Program-made: the position numbers and the translations under genes
The notes under the pieces: model-generated
What the model was told of the DNA's origin: nothing
Database searches by the model: none
The model's input: the letters and a program-made list of their open reading frames with translations, nothing else
Shown here: in pieces, positions 36,196-48,327 of the stretch
Layout: each line of letters opens with the position of its first letter
Numbering within the stretch: position 1 is the first letter of the stretch
Assembly: GCA_026770705.1 (NCBI GenBank)
Contig: JANJGN010000026.1
Coordinates: forward strand, 36,456,001-36,520,000
Origin: Isurus oxyrinchus
Taxonomy: Eukaryota
DNA: 64,000 nt
Direction: 5' to 3'

Positions 36196-39100
36196 ATAAT
36201 AACGAGAGAGGATCTCATATATAATTCTTAAAGGGTTGCACGGATTTCGGCTTCACAGTGGAATCTAGTACCAAGGCTCACAGTCTCAGCATACGGGGTC
36301 GACAATTTGGTACTGATGGTTCTGTACCCATTGAGCTGTGGGGCTTCTGGTGACAAAAAGAATTAAGGAATATGGGGATATTCCTGTAACATGGAATTGA
36401 GATAGAATATGAACCATGAATTCACTGCTTGGTGGTGAAGACTCGAATGATCGATTGCCTAATATATTCCTAGATCGTATATTTTTATGTTGAAATGTCT
36501 CCTTATTTTTACATAAATAGAGAGACGTGGTCTAGTGCATTCATTCGTGTTCCAGTGTCTAGTGTAATATAAACAAAAATATGATTTGGTACAGTGCAAC
36601 TGAGATAAGTTCGAGTGGACTAAAGACAATGACATGTTCTTGCACAGTAATAACAGAGATAGATCCTTGTGCACTATGAGCAGAATCTCCGTTCAGCTGC
36701 CACTACGTGTCTACAGATTTCCAAAGCGCCACTACAGCACTGCCTCTTTATTTCTATTGCACATTTTTATTTTCAGCACTGTTTGAAAGTTTGACATTGT
36801 AGTTAATGTAAAAATGTTGGGTGCAAGTTACTGATTCTCGTACTAGCAGGTCAACAGACACTGATGACAACCTCATCACGTTCAGCAGGAGGTAAAATGG
36901 GTTTTATGTGCACTAATTGAAGATGAGCTTGTTTGATTTACGCACAGAAACATCAACGGCAGAGGAAAGTGGTTTGGACCCCAGCAATCTTTCTTTGGTT
37001 ATTTAAGGTCAAGAGAGGGATATTGACTAATATATAGTGTAGGACCATGAGAACTTTAATTCCTCCCAGAACAGCCAAGGTTCATGATCTCCCCAAAAAG
37101 ATAGCATCTTTTCAATAGCCCGATTAGAATTCTGATATTTATGCTCAGGTTCTGAAGTTGAGGTGGAATCCACAATGTAATGACACTCAAGTCAGAACAA
37201 TCAGAAAGGAATAATTGGTATTCTAGTTGTGCGAGGCTTCTTGAGGATGAGTGACCAGAATATGATAGAATTCTTCATCAAGATGGAGAGTGACATAGTT
37301 GACTCTGAGACTAGGGCCCTGAATCTTAATAAAGGAAACTACGATGGTTTGAGGCGCGAGTTGGCTATGATGGATTGGGAAACGATACTTAAAGAGATGA
37401 CGGTGGATAGGCAATGGCAAACGTTCGAAGAGCGCATGGGTGAACTGAAACAATGTCACTTTAGCTGAAAGGCTTGAGGTAATATCTTATATTTACAAAT
37501 ATACCATTGCATTCGCTAATGTAGTTCCTGTTAAGCTTCCCTATGCTAATATCACATAAAGCAGCCTGAAGAATACAATTACTAAACTTAATTCATCCAA
37601 TTCCAATTTATGGGCTCATCAAACCTAAAGGAAAGACGGGGCACACTCACCCCATCTAAACTGTGCCCGCTCTCTGGAAAAAAGTGCCTATAATTAGTTG
37701 TACTCTCTTTCTCTTTTTCCAAACTCCTGCACGTCTTCCACTTCCAAGCATCCGTACAATTTCCTTTTGAAGGTTACAACTGAATATGGTCCCATCTCCC
37801 TAAGGAAAGAAAGTCCAGCTCACAGCAATTCGCTGCATTAAAAAAATTACCTTTTCCCCTTTATTCCTCTACGAATTGTCTGAACATTGGCTGCCGATCC
37901 TTCTGCCAGTGGAATTAGCATCTCACTAACAATTCTGTAAAACAAACCTTCAGAAATTTAGAAACCTCTATTATAATCCCCCTGTAAGATTCTTGTCCTT
38001 TTTCTCTAATTTCTTCAGATACCCGAGGTGTCTCATCTCTGGTTCAGTTTGAATAAATATCTTCTGGGCCTGCTCCAAAATTATTGCATACTCCTGAAAG
38101 TGTGGTTTCAAATAAATTCAATACCTTTTTATCCCTTCAGATAAATTCTAGCGATATATGTTCGCTTACAACTAGTCTAAGCAATAATTTGCGTAATTCC
38201 AATCTCTGTACTAAGACTATTACTTTCGCCGACAGCGCACAGAATCACCTGTATGCTCAACAAAATTGGTTTGGTTAGAATTACCTGTATGCTCAACAAA
38301 ATTGGTTTGTCTAGTTCTTTCGAAGGGTCATGAGGACGCGAAACGTCAACTCTTTTCTTCTCCGCCGATGCTGCCAGACCTGCTGAGTTTTTCCAGGTAA
38401 TTCTGTTTTTGTTTTGGATTTCCAGCATCCGCAGTTTTTTTGTTTTTATATTATTGGTTTATTTTCAATGTCCGTTAGATCACTGCCGCCACCTGCTGAC
38501 CAACACCCTCTACTACAGGCCCTGGAGTTTATCTAAAATGATTCAGAATTCTACACGTAACATTTGCTAGTGAATTTCACTCAGTGAAGTTTTTCAGCGC
38601 AAACCACGAGAGACAAGAGATGAAAAGGATTTAAGACCCAAGTGCCAATATTACTGTTATGAATTTCGAGAAGTTTTCCGTGAGAAGGTGTGCAGTTACT
38701 GAGGAAGAGACTGGCAGTGAAGAAAGGAACAAAACCATTTCTGCCGGTGGAGTGGGTTGAACAGCTGCAGCTCAGTTTCTTCTGGCGGAGGCTCACTTGC
38801 GCCCATTTTATAGCGCATTCCAAATATCTGCAACGAGCACAGGGCGTATCGAAATTTTAGTGATATTTTCAGTGCACAGTTGCAACACGGAGATGTTTGC
38901 GCCATCTTTTTACTTATACTTTCATTACGCTAGACAGACGTTCATGTGATAGAATCAGAGGCATGGCGTAATAAAATATAAACAGAGCCAGGGCCCAATA
39001 TAATAAAAGTCCAGAGACAGCGTCTGATGCAATATAAACAAAGGTATGCATTTATGCAGCAACATCTGACACATGGCCAAATGTAATATAAATTATTATA

Positions 39101-39374
39101 TTATAATATAATGCATCGTATTATGAAATACTATAATATAATAGCATTACATAATCAAATGTAGCTACGTAGGACAATCCGTTGTGACTCTATTCTATGC
39201 ATGGGTAAGGCATCCAAAGTTTGTGGGCTTGAATCCCACCAGGGTCAAATTTTGAAGGGACGAATAGAGACAAACTCAGCTCTGATTCTGCAGCAGTGAT
39301 AACTGCGACGGCGTTCTTGTGTAATGTCACGTGAAATAGATGCAAAGCTGGAATAAACTCGACAGGTTCTTCTG

Positions 39375-39905
39375 TTGAGGCTACAGCTGGAGTACTGTGT
39401 GCAGTTCTGGTCGCCACATTATAGGAAGGATGTGATTGCACTGGAGGGAGTGCAGAGGAGATTCACCAGAATGTTGCCTGGGATGAAACATTTAAGTAAT
39501 GAAGAGAGGTTGGATAGATTTGGGTTGTTTTCGTTGGAGCAGAGAAGATTGATGAGCGATCTCATCGAGGTGTACAAGATTATGAGGGTTAGCACCCCTT
39601 ACCTGAAAGGTCAGTCATAAGGGGGGCATAATTTCACGGTGAGGGGCAGGAGGTTTAAGGGGGATGTGAGGAAAGCTTTTTTTGCCCAGAGGGTGGTGAC
39701 GGTCTGGAATGCACTGCCTGGGAGGGGGGTGGAAGCGGGTTGCCTCACATCCTGAAAAAGTACATGGATGAGCACTTGGCACGTCGTAACATTTAAGGCG
39801 ATGGGCCAACTGCTGGTAAATTGGAGCAGTTAGATAAGTCAGGTGTTTCTCACGTGTCGGTGCAGACTCGATGGGCCAAAGGGCCTCTTCTGCACTGTGA
39901 TTCTG
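39375..39905 (+). mobile_element. CR1 LINE 3' fragment
   Basis: LEYCVQFWSPHYRKD...DLIEVYKIM plus a CR1 3' tail (GATGGGCC...CTGTGATTCTGTGA). Confidence 0.88.
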
Positions 39906-41666
39906 TGAATATAAACAGATGTTTCATCTGTCCAGCAATAACAGAAACAGTGTCTCATATTGTATAAATGGAGAAAGAGCTTCGTGTTACATACACAGTG
40001 ATAGAGAGCATATATATGGTTCTGAGCTAAGATATCCATTTGCTTGAGGAATCGAATGACCTCAACTATCAATAATCTATGAAAATTCAGTCACCTGAGC
40101 TTACATTGATTAGACGCACAGCCACCTCCATTTGACCTTGCATGGCATGACCTATAGTCAATTCCCCACCAACAACATCCTGATCACCCGTGGCTACAGC
40201 AGCCCAACAGAGTTTGAACATTATGGGGATTCCCAATCGTAGCTGTTGCATGTGAAGCCCATAGGATGCAGTGCAGCAGCACGCAAAGGCTCTATTTTAT
40301 TAATTTATGGGATATGGGCTTCACTGGCAGGGGCAGCATTTATTGCCCACCACAAGTTGCCCTTTGGAACGTGGTGGTGAGCTTCCTTCTTTAACCACTG
40401 CAGTCTATGAGGTGTAGGTACACCCGCAGTGCTGTTAGGGAGTGCCAGGCTTTTGGCCCAGCGATAGTGGAGTAACAGCGATATATTTCCAAGTCAGGAT
40501 GGTGAGTGACTTGGCGGAGAAGTTCCAAGTAGAGATGTTCCTATCTCTCTGCTTCCCTTCTCCTTATAGGCTTTAGTGGTCGTGGGTTTGGAAGGTGCTG
40601 TCGATGGAGCCTTGGTGAGTTCCTGCAGTGCACCTTTAGATGGTACACACTGATGCTTCTGTGCATCGGTAGTAAGTACCGCCCAAACCCATGATGTCAA
40701 TCACTTAGAAGGGCAACTGAACATGGTAGAACCATCACATCCACTTTCCCCTCCAAGTCAAACATCATTCCAACTTATTTATATCGCCGGTCTTTCATCG
40801 ACCCTGGGTCTTAATTTTGTAAATCCTAGCTAACAGCATTGTGCAGACAACTTGCGCAGAGGGGCTGATGTGGTTCATGAAGGTTGCTCACCAGTGGGAA
40901 GTAGAAAACTGCATTAAATACCAGCCTTGATACTGATGTTCACATCATGAGTATAGAGGCGAAATAATACGAGGAACAGCGGATACAGAATCACAAATAC
41001 CTGGCGTTATCTTTCTTGCTTTTGTTAGTTCTTTCTTTCATTTTTACTGTATATTTGAATTCTTTCCTTTTTCTTCTTTCTCTATTTCAGATTTTCTCTC
41101 CTCTCCTCCCTCTTCCACTTTGATTCATTAATTCTCTTTCTGCTTTTGGAATATGATGAGTTACCTTGCATCACAAGAGTATTACTTTTTTGAGCATGAC
41201 GATAAGGCAGTGATGGAACGGCGAATTTTTAAACACAAACCCCGCCCAGCACGGTGTTCTACGCAACCCGGGTCTCTCCTCCTCCTCTATGAATGACATT
41301 GTGAGCGATGCCGTCAAATGCGGTAGGAGGACGAGACAGTTCTCCAGTTCAAACCCAGATAATTGATTCGTTACGTTTTGATAACAGCAGAATTGCACGA
41401 GACGCTTCCTCCTCTCTAGCTCTACATATATGCAAACCCGTTTTTCCACGGTACTCTAACAGATTACAACAACAAATAGAACTGCTCTTCCAAGGGGCTG
41501 TTTTTGCATCATAATAGATCCCATGTTGTACCGCTGTCCCGTTATATTCTGATTGGTGTTCGGCAAGTATGGCCAGGCCTGGTATCTGTTTACACTTTTG
41601 TGGTGCCATGAGGCGTTCTAACACAGTTAGAGTTATAGTTGCCCCTCAGTTCTGTTTTATTTCAAG

Positions 41667-41972
41667 GGAGATCCGGGCAGATTCGGTATAACAAGCTCAG
41701 ATAACACTCTACGTGGCTGAATGAGATGGTGTGATAAAAGATTGTAGGTAATAGACACAACAAACCTCCGTGACCCCGATCTGTAGTGGCACTGACAGCG
41801 CACAAAGGCTCCCCGTTTTATTTTTCATCGGGATAACAACAGGAAAATTGACATGGATTTTGCCAAGAGAAGATTCGAGGCCAAGCAGACTAATGCAGAA
41901 AAAAAAGTTTCCTTTAGCGATCACTGGAGAGGAAATCTAGGACACCGCCGCATCTTTCTGTGTGCTGAGGAT
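41667..41972 (+). pseudogene. Degraded TCR V pseudogene (paralog of the minus-strand V at 30091-30375)
   Basis: Reads ADSV*QAQITL...DTAASFCVLR with multiple stops and frameshifts. RSS CACAATT-23-ACAAAAACC at 41973-42011, with a spacer nearly identical to that at 30083-30061. Confidence 0.85.
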
Positions 41973-42939
41973 CACAATTGTTTCAAACTCATCTGTCGCT
42001 GTACAAAAACCTCAGCGATATAGAACTGCCATACGCTTTCTCCCCAGGTCAAACGAACATGACCTACTCTGTTAGTGCCATCCACTGCTCAGTCGGTCTG
42101 ACTCCTGCATCTGAATTATAAGCTTAGAAATTCAATTCTCACTCCAGAGAGTTCAGTCCACAATCCAGGCTGATTCTCGGGTGCCAGAGGAGACGTTGAA
42201 CCGAGGGTCCGTCGACTCTCTTAGATAAAAAGATTCCAGGCCTCCATTTGGTAGAATGATAGAGCATTTCTCTCAAGTTTCCTGGACCCATTCTAATGTC
42301 TAAACCGACATCACTAAAAGAGCTTACCATGTTGCCTTTTTGTGGGAGCTTGTTGTGTATATATTAGATACCGCACTTCCTACATTTCAACAGTGGCTGC
42401 CCTGCGAATTGCTGCATTAACGTTTTAAGGTGTGTAGGGAAGGCTGGATTTGCTCACTGCCATTGTTCGTATGTGTAACATATTAAATATTGCAATTCCT
42501 GGAACTGTCTCAACTTCTAGAATCACTTCGATGATGTTAGTTACTTGACTGGATATCACACCTGCACAATGGTGCGCTGTGCCTTCAAAGGAGCTGAGAG
42601 GATTTGCAACAATCTGCAAAAAATATTTGAGCAGAGACCCGAAACAACTCTTTATATCTGAGCGATCAATGCAAGGGTGAACACAGAGCAGCTTACCGCT
42701 GATTTCAACGAGCTTCATTAACTTTCATCTGGCTTTCTCCTCCATGTTTTGTTTACACACATCCTCCAAATCAAGATTTTGGATAACTCAGTGTTATTTG
42801 GGAAATTCAGATGGGAAACTCAGGATGGCAGCTATTTTCAGTAAAATGTTAAAAATATAATCCACTATATTAGTCGAAATTCTATTCTCTTGCTCTTTCT
42901 GAAGCAACGGTTTACTTCCAATGCTTGTTAAAGTCAAAG

Positions 42940-44035
42940 GTTAACTTCAGTTACCTGGATGGCTGGCGGACAGCAGAGAGCGTGGATAAATGGCTCTTCT
43001 TCGGTTTGGCAGAATGGAATGAGAGGAGTCTGTATGGGGCCTCATTTTTTTAACGATTTACATCAAGGATTTGGATGAGGTGAGTGAAGTCATGCTAGCT
43101 AAATTTGCAGATGACACAGAGATAGGTAGGAAAGTATGCTGCGAAGAGGGCATGAGGAGGTTGCAGGTGGATATGGATAGGTTGAGTGAGTGGGCAGAGA
43201 CCTGATAAATTGAGTGCAATGTGGGAAAATATGAAGGTGTTCACTTTGGCAGGGAGAAGAAAAAAGCAAAGTATTACTTAAATGGATAATGACTGCATAA
43301 TTCTGAGGTGCAGATGGATCCACGTGTTCTAGCTCATGAGTCACAAAAAGTGATTTTGCAGACACTGGAAATAAGTAAGAAGGCTAATGGAATGCTATGC
43401 TTTATTACGAGAGGGATTGAATATAAAAGTACGAATGATATGCTTCAGTTATACAGGACATTGTTGAGACGGCACCTCGAATACTGTGTGCTGTTCTGTT
43501 CTACTTTTTTAGGGAAGGTTGTAAATGCATTACAGGTGGTTGAAAGGAGATTTACTAGATTGATGTCTGGAATGAGTGGGTTGTCTTATGAGGAAAGGTT
43601 GGACAGACTGGGTTTGTTTCCACTGGAGTTTACAAGAGTGAGGGGTGATTTCGTTGATGTATACAAAATCCTGAACGGCCTTGACAAGGTGCACGTCAAA
43701 AGAATGTTCCCTCTTGTGGGTGAGCCCAGAACTAGGGGGCACTGTTTTAAAATAAGTGTTCACCCTTTGACAACAGAGATGAGGAGAATTTTCTTCTCTC
43801 AGAGGGTTGTGCGTCCTTGGAACTCTGCCTCAGAAGGCAGTGGAGGCGGGGTCATTGAATAGTTTTAAGCAGAGGTAGACAGATTCTTGTTAGGCAAGGG
43901 AATCACAGTTATCTGGGTTAGATAGGAATGTGGACATCAAAACACAAGAAGATCAGCCACGATCTTATTGAATGGCGGAGCAGGCTCGTGGGGCCGAATG
44001 GTCCACTCCTGTTCCCAGTACTATGTTCTTATGTA
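42940..44035 (+). mobile_element. CR1 LINE, 5'-truncated (same family as 6400-7608)
   Basis: Motifs KFADDTEIG, LEYCVLFCS, RGDFVDVYKILNG and FFSQRVV, plus a CR1 tail. Confidence 0.92.
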
Positions 44036-44541
44036 ATCAGTTCTTATACCTTTGAAAGCCTTTTTTGTGCTCGCTGTGTGAGGGTCGGAGAAGATGTGTT
44101 GTTAAGCGCCAACAATGATTTCAACCAGTTCACTTGGATATCTCTTAACATATTTCGGGAACATTAAAGCATCAAAAAGTTTTTTAAAAATACACAGACT
44201 AATCTGACACCAAAAAGCACGAAATAATGGGGCACGTGACAATGATTGGAAGAGACGGTCTTTGCTTCGGGATCGGGTAACAAGCTCAGTGTCTGCCATC
44301 GTCGGCTGCTCTTGAGGAAGACCCAAAGACACGGTTGTGGGGAGGGGGAACCACATAATTTTCAGCAGTTAGCCCAGACGAACAAATGGAAGAGAGAAAC
44401 AGTGAGTCAATCTGTTTGTTCACTGACCTGTAACTAAGGTGCAGATTGTAATTTAATTGTCCCTCTGGAGACTGTCATTTAGAATAAATGAGGGATGCTT
44501 TGATACACATCTTCGGTAATTCCTTGAGTTTCTGAGAGACG

Positions 44542-44611
44542 ATGCACGGGCCAGCGAAAGGCCTCTTCTTCGCTATTTGCTATCCCATTCTCGCTGTTAT
44601 TGGTGTGCCTG
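44542..44611 (+). CDS. Exon 1 of a GPR139/GPR142-like class A GPCR
   Basis: ATG-MHGPAKGLFFAICYPILAVIGVP, 70 nt (phase 1), GTAAGT donor. It supplies the first half of TM1, which joins in frame to ...ANLLAIVIL. Confidence 0.85.
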
Positions 44612-46090
44612 GTAAGTGATGAATCCCGAATAAATGTTTGTGTTGATGTAAATCTCCCGATGTTTAGTCTCTTCTCTTCAGAGTCTGCATTTAAGGGAGT
44701 TCAATCGAATTATATCGGTGCTCTGTATGATATTATACTGTGTTATGTTGGATTATAGCTCTACTTGCGCTTGCATTATGGGGCATTGCAAAATATTATT
44801 CAATTTATTATGCTGCATATTTAGAGAAATGCTTTTTATTAGAATGCTGAGATATGAATTGTAATGTTTGCCTTTGCATAGACATTAACCTGTTATATTG
44901 TTGAACATCGTGTTTTATTCTAATCCAGTCAAATGCAATCTAGCATTTTGAGTATTGAGCGAGATCATTGCATATCATCATGTACTGACCTGCATTTTCG
45001 TGTGCTGGTCCTATCAATATATCAGAAAATTAATTGTTACAGTGCAATTATTCAATTAAATGAATTGTAATATAAAATACTTTCAGTGATAATACACATA
45101 TACAATGCAACCTCTAGAAGTATGTAAAATTTACAGTATGATTTCCCACTGGGCAGTCCTAATTGTTAATCTGGCTTTGGGATTTAATCATGGAATCGTT
45201 TGAAAAAGGGGAGTGAGGTCTCAAGATTTTTAATGTGCTTTGCTTTGTGCTGGTAGGTCTTATAAATTTTGGATAGTTATATTTTTAATCATCAGCGGGA
45301 TGTGGGTGTCCGTGACAAGATCAACATTTATTGCTCTTCACTAGTTTCCACTTCAGAAAGTGGGGTTGCATTTGTTTCTTCAGCCGATCCTGTATGTATG
45401 GCACGGATGCTTCACAGGAACTTCACCTGATTAATTTCATACTGAACGGCGCAAGGGGATATTTGACCAAAGGGTACTCACAGAGTTTACTTCTAAGGAA
45501 CGTTCTAAAGAGGAAAGAAGAGCTGGAGCCGTAGAGGGAGGGGTTTTCAGAGATCAGAGCGTCGGCAGCTAAACGCTGAACCTCTACAAATGAAAAGATT
45601 AATGCCAGGGGCACGAAACTGCAGAATTGGAAGCATATGATGGATCTCAGACAGTTGCAGTGTGTTACAGGAATTGAAGAAGGCGAGATAACAGAAGAAG
45701 TTAAAAATGGACGGACGAGGTTATTAAAACAGAGACGTTGCCATTCAGGGGGGCATTGGGCTGATGGATGGGCGGAACTTTTGCCGTTTTATGCCAATAA
45801 GGGCAGTGGTAGCAAATGTTTCAGATAATCTTAAATTGGATAGTTAGGCCTGAAGATTGCCTCAGTGTACAGAGAGTGAAGTTTGGAGTGAGAATGAGAG
45901 GATTGCCTCATGTTTTGACTAATAGTTTATCCAGCATTGGATGCCAGACAATTACCAAAGACTTGACAATAGTCGCAGCCTGGAGGTGGCAAAATGACGG
46001 GTAAGGAGGGTTTAAGTAACAGATTCGATGAGGCAGTATCTCATGTTTGGAATCCGCTTGGTAACATCTCTACCCCTTTATCCCTCACAG

Positions 46091-46992
46091 CCAACTTGCT
46101 AGCGATCGTAATTCTATCTCGAGGGTGCTGCGGGCTCTCCCGCTGCACCACCTACTACCTGGTGGCAATCGCGGTGAGCGATTTCCTGGTCATCATCACC
46201 GCCGGCATCCTCAACCGGATCGGCCGCATTTACTTTCAGGACAGTGTCCTCTCCACCACTCCCGCATGCGCACTCAGCAATGTGCTGGTCTTTACAATCC
46301 GGGATGTGTCAGTCTGGCTGACGGTCGCCTTCACCATTGACCGTTTTGTGGCCATCTGCTGTCAGAGCCTGAAGACCAGATATTGCACTGAGAAAACTGC
46401 GTTGCTGGTTATAGGACTGGTCAGCGCCCTGAGCTGCGTGAGGAATGCCCCTTTCTACTTCAGCTACCAGCCTTTGTACATCCTGGACGGAGTGTCCTGG
46501 TTCTGTGCCATTAAGCCTGCCTTTTATATTCTTACCGCCTGGCATGCCTTTGATTGGCTGGACCGCATCTTAACCCCCTTTCTCCCATTCCTCCTCATTC
46601 TGCTTCTCAATGCCCTGACCGTAAGGCACATTCTAATGGCCAGCAGAGCCCGCAGGAGGCTCCGGGGCACCGAGAGTCACGGAGACCAGGAAATCATCAA
46701 TCGCAAGCGGTCCATTGTCCTGCTTTTTGCCATCTCGCTCAGCTTCCTCCTCCTGTGGGCCATCTTTGTTGGACATTTCCTCTATGTGCGGATTACAGGC
46801 GAGGGCTATCTCACCAGCCTGAATTTCAATGATCCAGATTACATCGTTCAGGAGACCACCAACATGCTCCAGTTGTTCAGTTCCTGCAACAATGTCTTCA
46901 TCTATGCCGTGGCCCAGAACAAGTTCCGAGAACAGCTGAAGAAAGTGATGATGTGTCCCTTCACCACGGTCACTGTTTGCTTCAAATGGTAA
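46091..46992 (+). CDS. Exon 2 of an intact GPR139-like 7TM receptor (323 aa spliced)
   Basis: CAG acceptor at 46088-90. Contains YLVAIAVSD (TM2), FTIDRFVAIC (DRY-like), CPF tail and NVFIY in TM7, with seven hydrophobic segments and no stops. Confidence 0.9.
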
Positions 46993-47696
46993 AAACAGGT
47001 TAAAACACCTTTGCGTTAATTCACTTCCATCAGAGTAGTTCAGTGTGTCGCTCTGTCCAGCATAAAAATGTCCTAGGCTCTGTCTTTCGGACTTCAGAGA
47101 TGTAAGGCCCGTATTCCAATGGCGACAGTCGCCCTGTCTGAAGGGATTCTGAAATATCACAGTTGCTGCCTGCCTAGATGAGATACAAAGGCTGATTCTT
47201 CCTTTCTCTTTCTTTCTTTCCTTCTTTCTTCCTTTCTCAGTCATACCGCTAAGGCTCTAACCCCTCGAAATTTACACCGAATGCAGAAAGGAAAGCATTT
47301 GAACAAATGGGAAATTCTTCCTTTCTCAGTGAATCGTGATCTGAAATTTGTTGCCTGAAAGGGAGCTGGGCGCACAGTGGATTAAAATTTTCAAATGTTC
47401 ATTAATAAATACTGGAACAGGACGACATTTGGAAAAGAGCAAGGGAAACTAAGTAACTTGATGGATCTATCAGAAACCCGGAATACACATTGTGGCCTAC
47501 TGACCTCCTGCAAAACTCTATTGTTACACAACACTGCAGTGGTATTTCACACTGGATGAAGACCCTTATAAGAAATGCTGCAGCTAATTGCTCAGCGTCA
47601 GATCCCCAATCTCATTCGGAACATTGAAGGCCACCTATCTGCTCATCGGTTGGTGAGAGAGTTTGGGTGGGAGCAAAATAAAGCAAATGCTGGAAA

Positions 47697-47850
47697 TCAG
47701 AAATAAAAACAGAAAAGGTTGGAAAACTCAGCAGGCCTGACAGTGTCTGTGGAAGAGTCATGAGGACATGAAACGTTAACTTTGTTCCTCATTCCACAGA
47801 TGCTGCCAGGCATATTGAGTTTTTCCAGTATTTTCCATTTTTATTTCAGA
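47697..47850. mobile_element. Hairpin made of inverted Penelope-like terminal sequence
   Basis: 47697-47754 is the imperfect reverse complement of 47792-47850, around a GAGTCATGAGGACATGAAACGTTAACT core. Confidence 0.7.
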
Positions 47851-48327
47851 GTGTAGATGGATGCGGGAGGTTCAAAACACAGCAAAACAATGACATACCC
47901 TCTTATAATATTAACAGCGACAGTGGATGATCTAATGAAATGAAAACAAAACAGGTGTCTGCTGTCACATGAACAGAGTCGAAATATGTCATGATGTAAT
48001 CACAAGATATGAACTAATCTCCTGAAGAGAACCGGTTTAATTTAATAGAGACATGTTCTCATAAATTCATACCAGAGAAAGGAACTAATCTAATGTAAAC
48101 GTGTATCTGTTTTACTTCATCAATAACTGAGCCAGAAATTTACGTTACATAAAAAGAGAAACTCTGAAGTGTAATCAAAGTTTAAACAGGGTCGCCTGTT
48201 ATTTAAGCAATGGCATGTCCTTGCACAATGTTAAATGAGACCTGGTGTGTGTAAGATAACCAGTGACTTGCATTTGCAAACGGAATGATGTGTTTTGTAC
48301 ACACATGCGCTTTAGATAGTGTATATG

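Noticed and set aside
45994-46090. ORF-track N-terminus MTGKEGLSNRF... as the GPCR start
   Set aside because: It is intronic read-through. A proper exon 1 (44542-44611) and an acceptor at 46088-90 complete TM1.
46633-47244. 203-aa minus-strand ORF
   Set aside because: Antisense shadow of the GC-rich GPCR exon, with no independent features.
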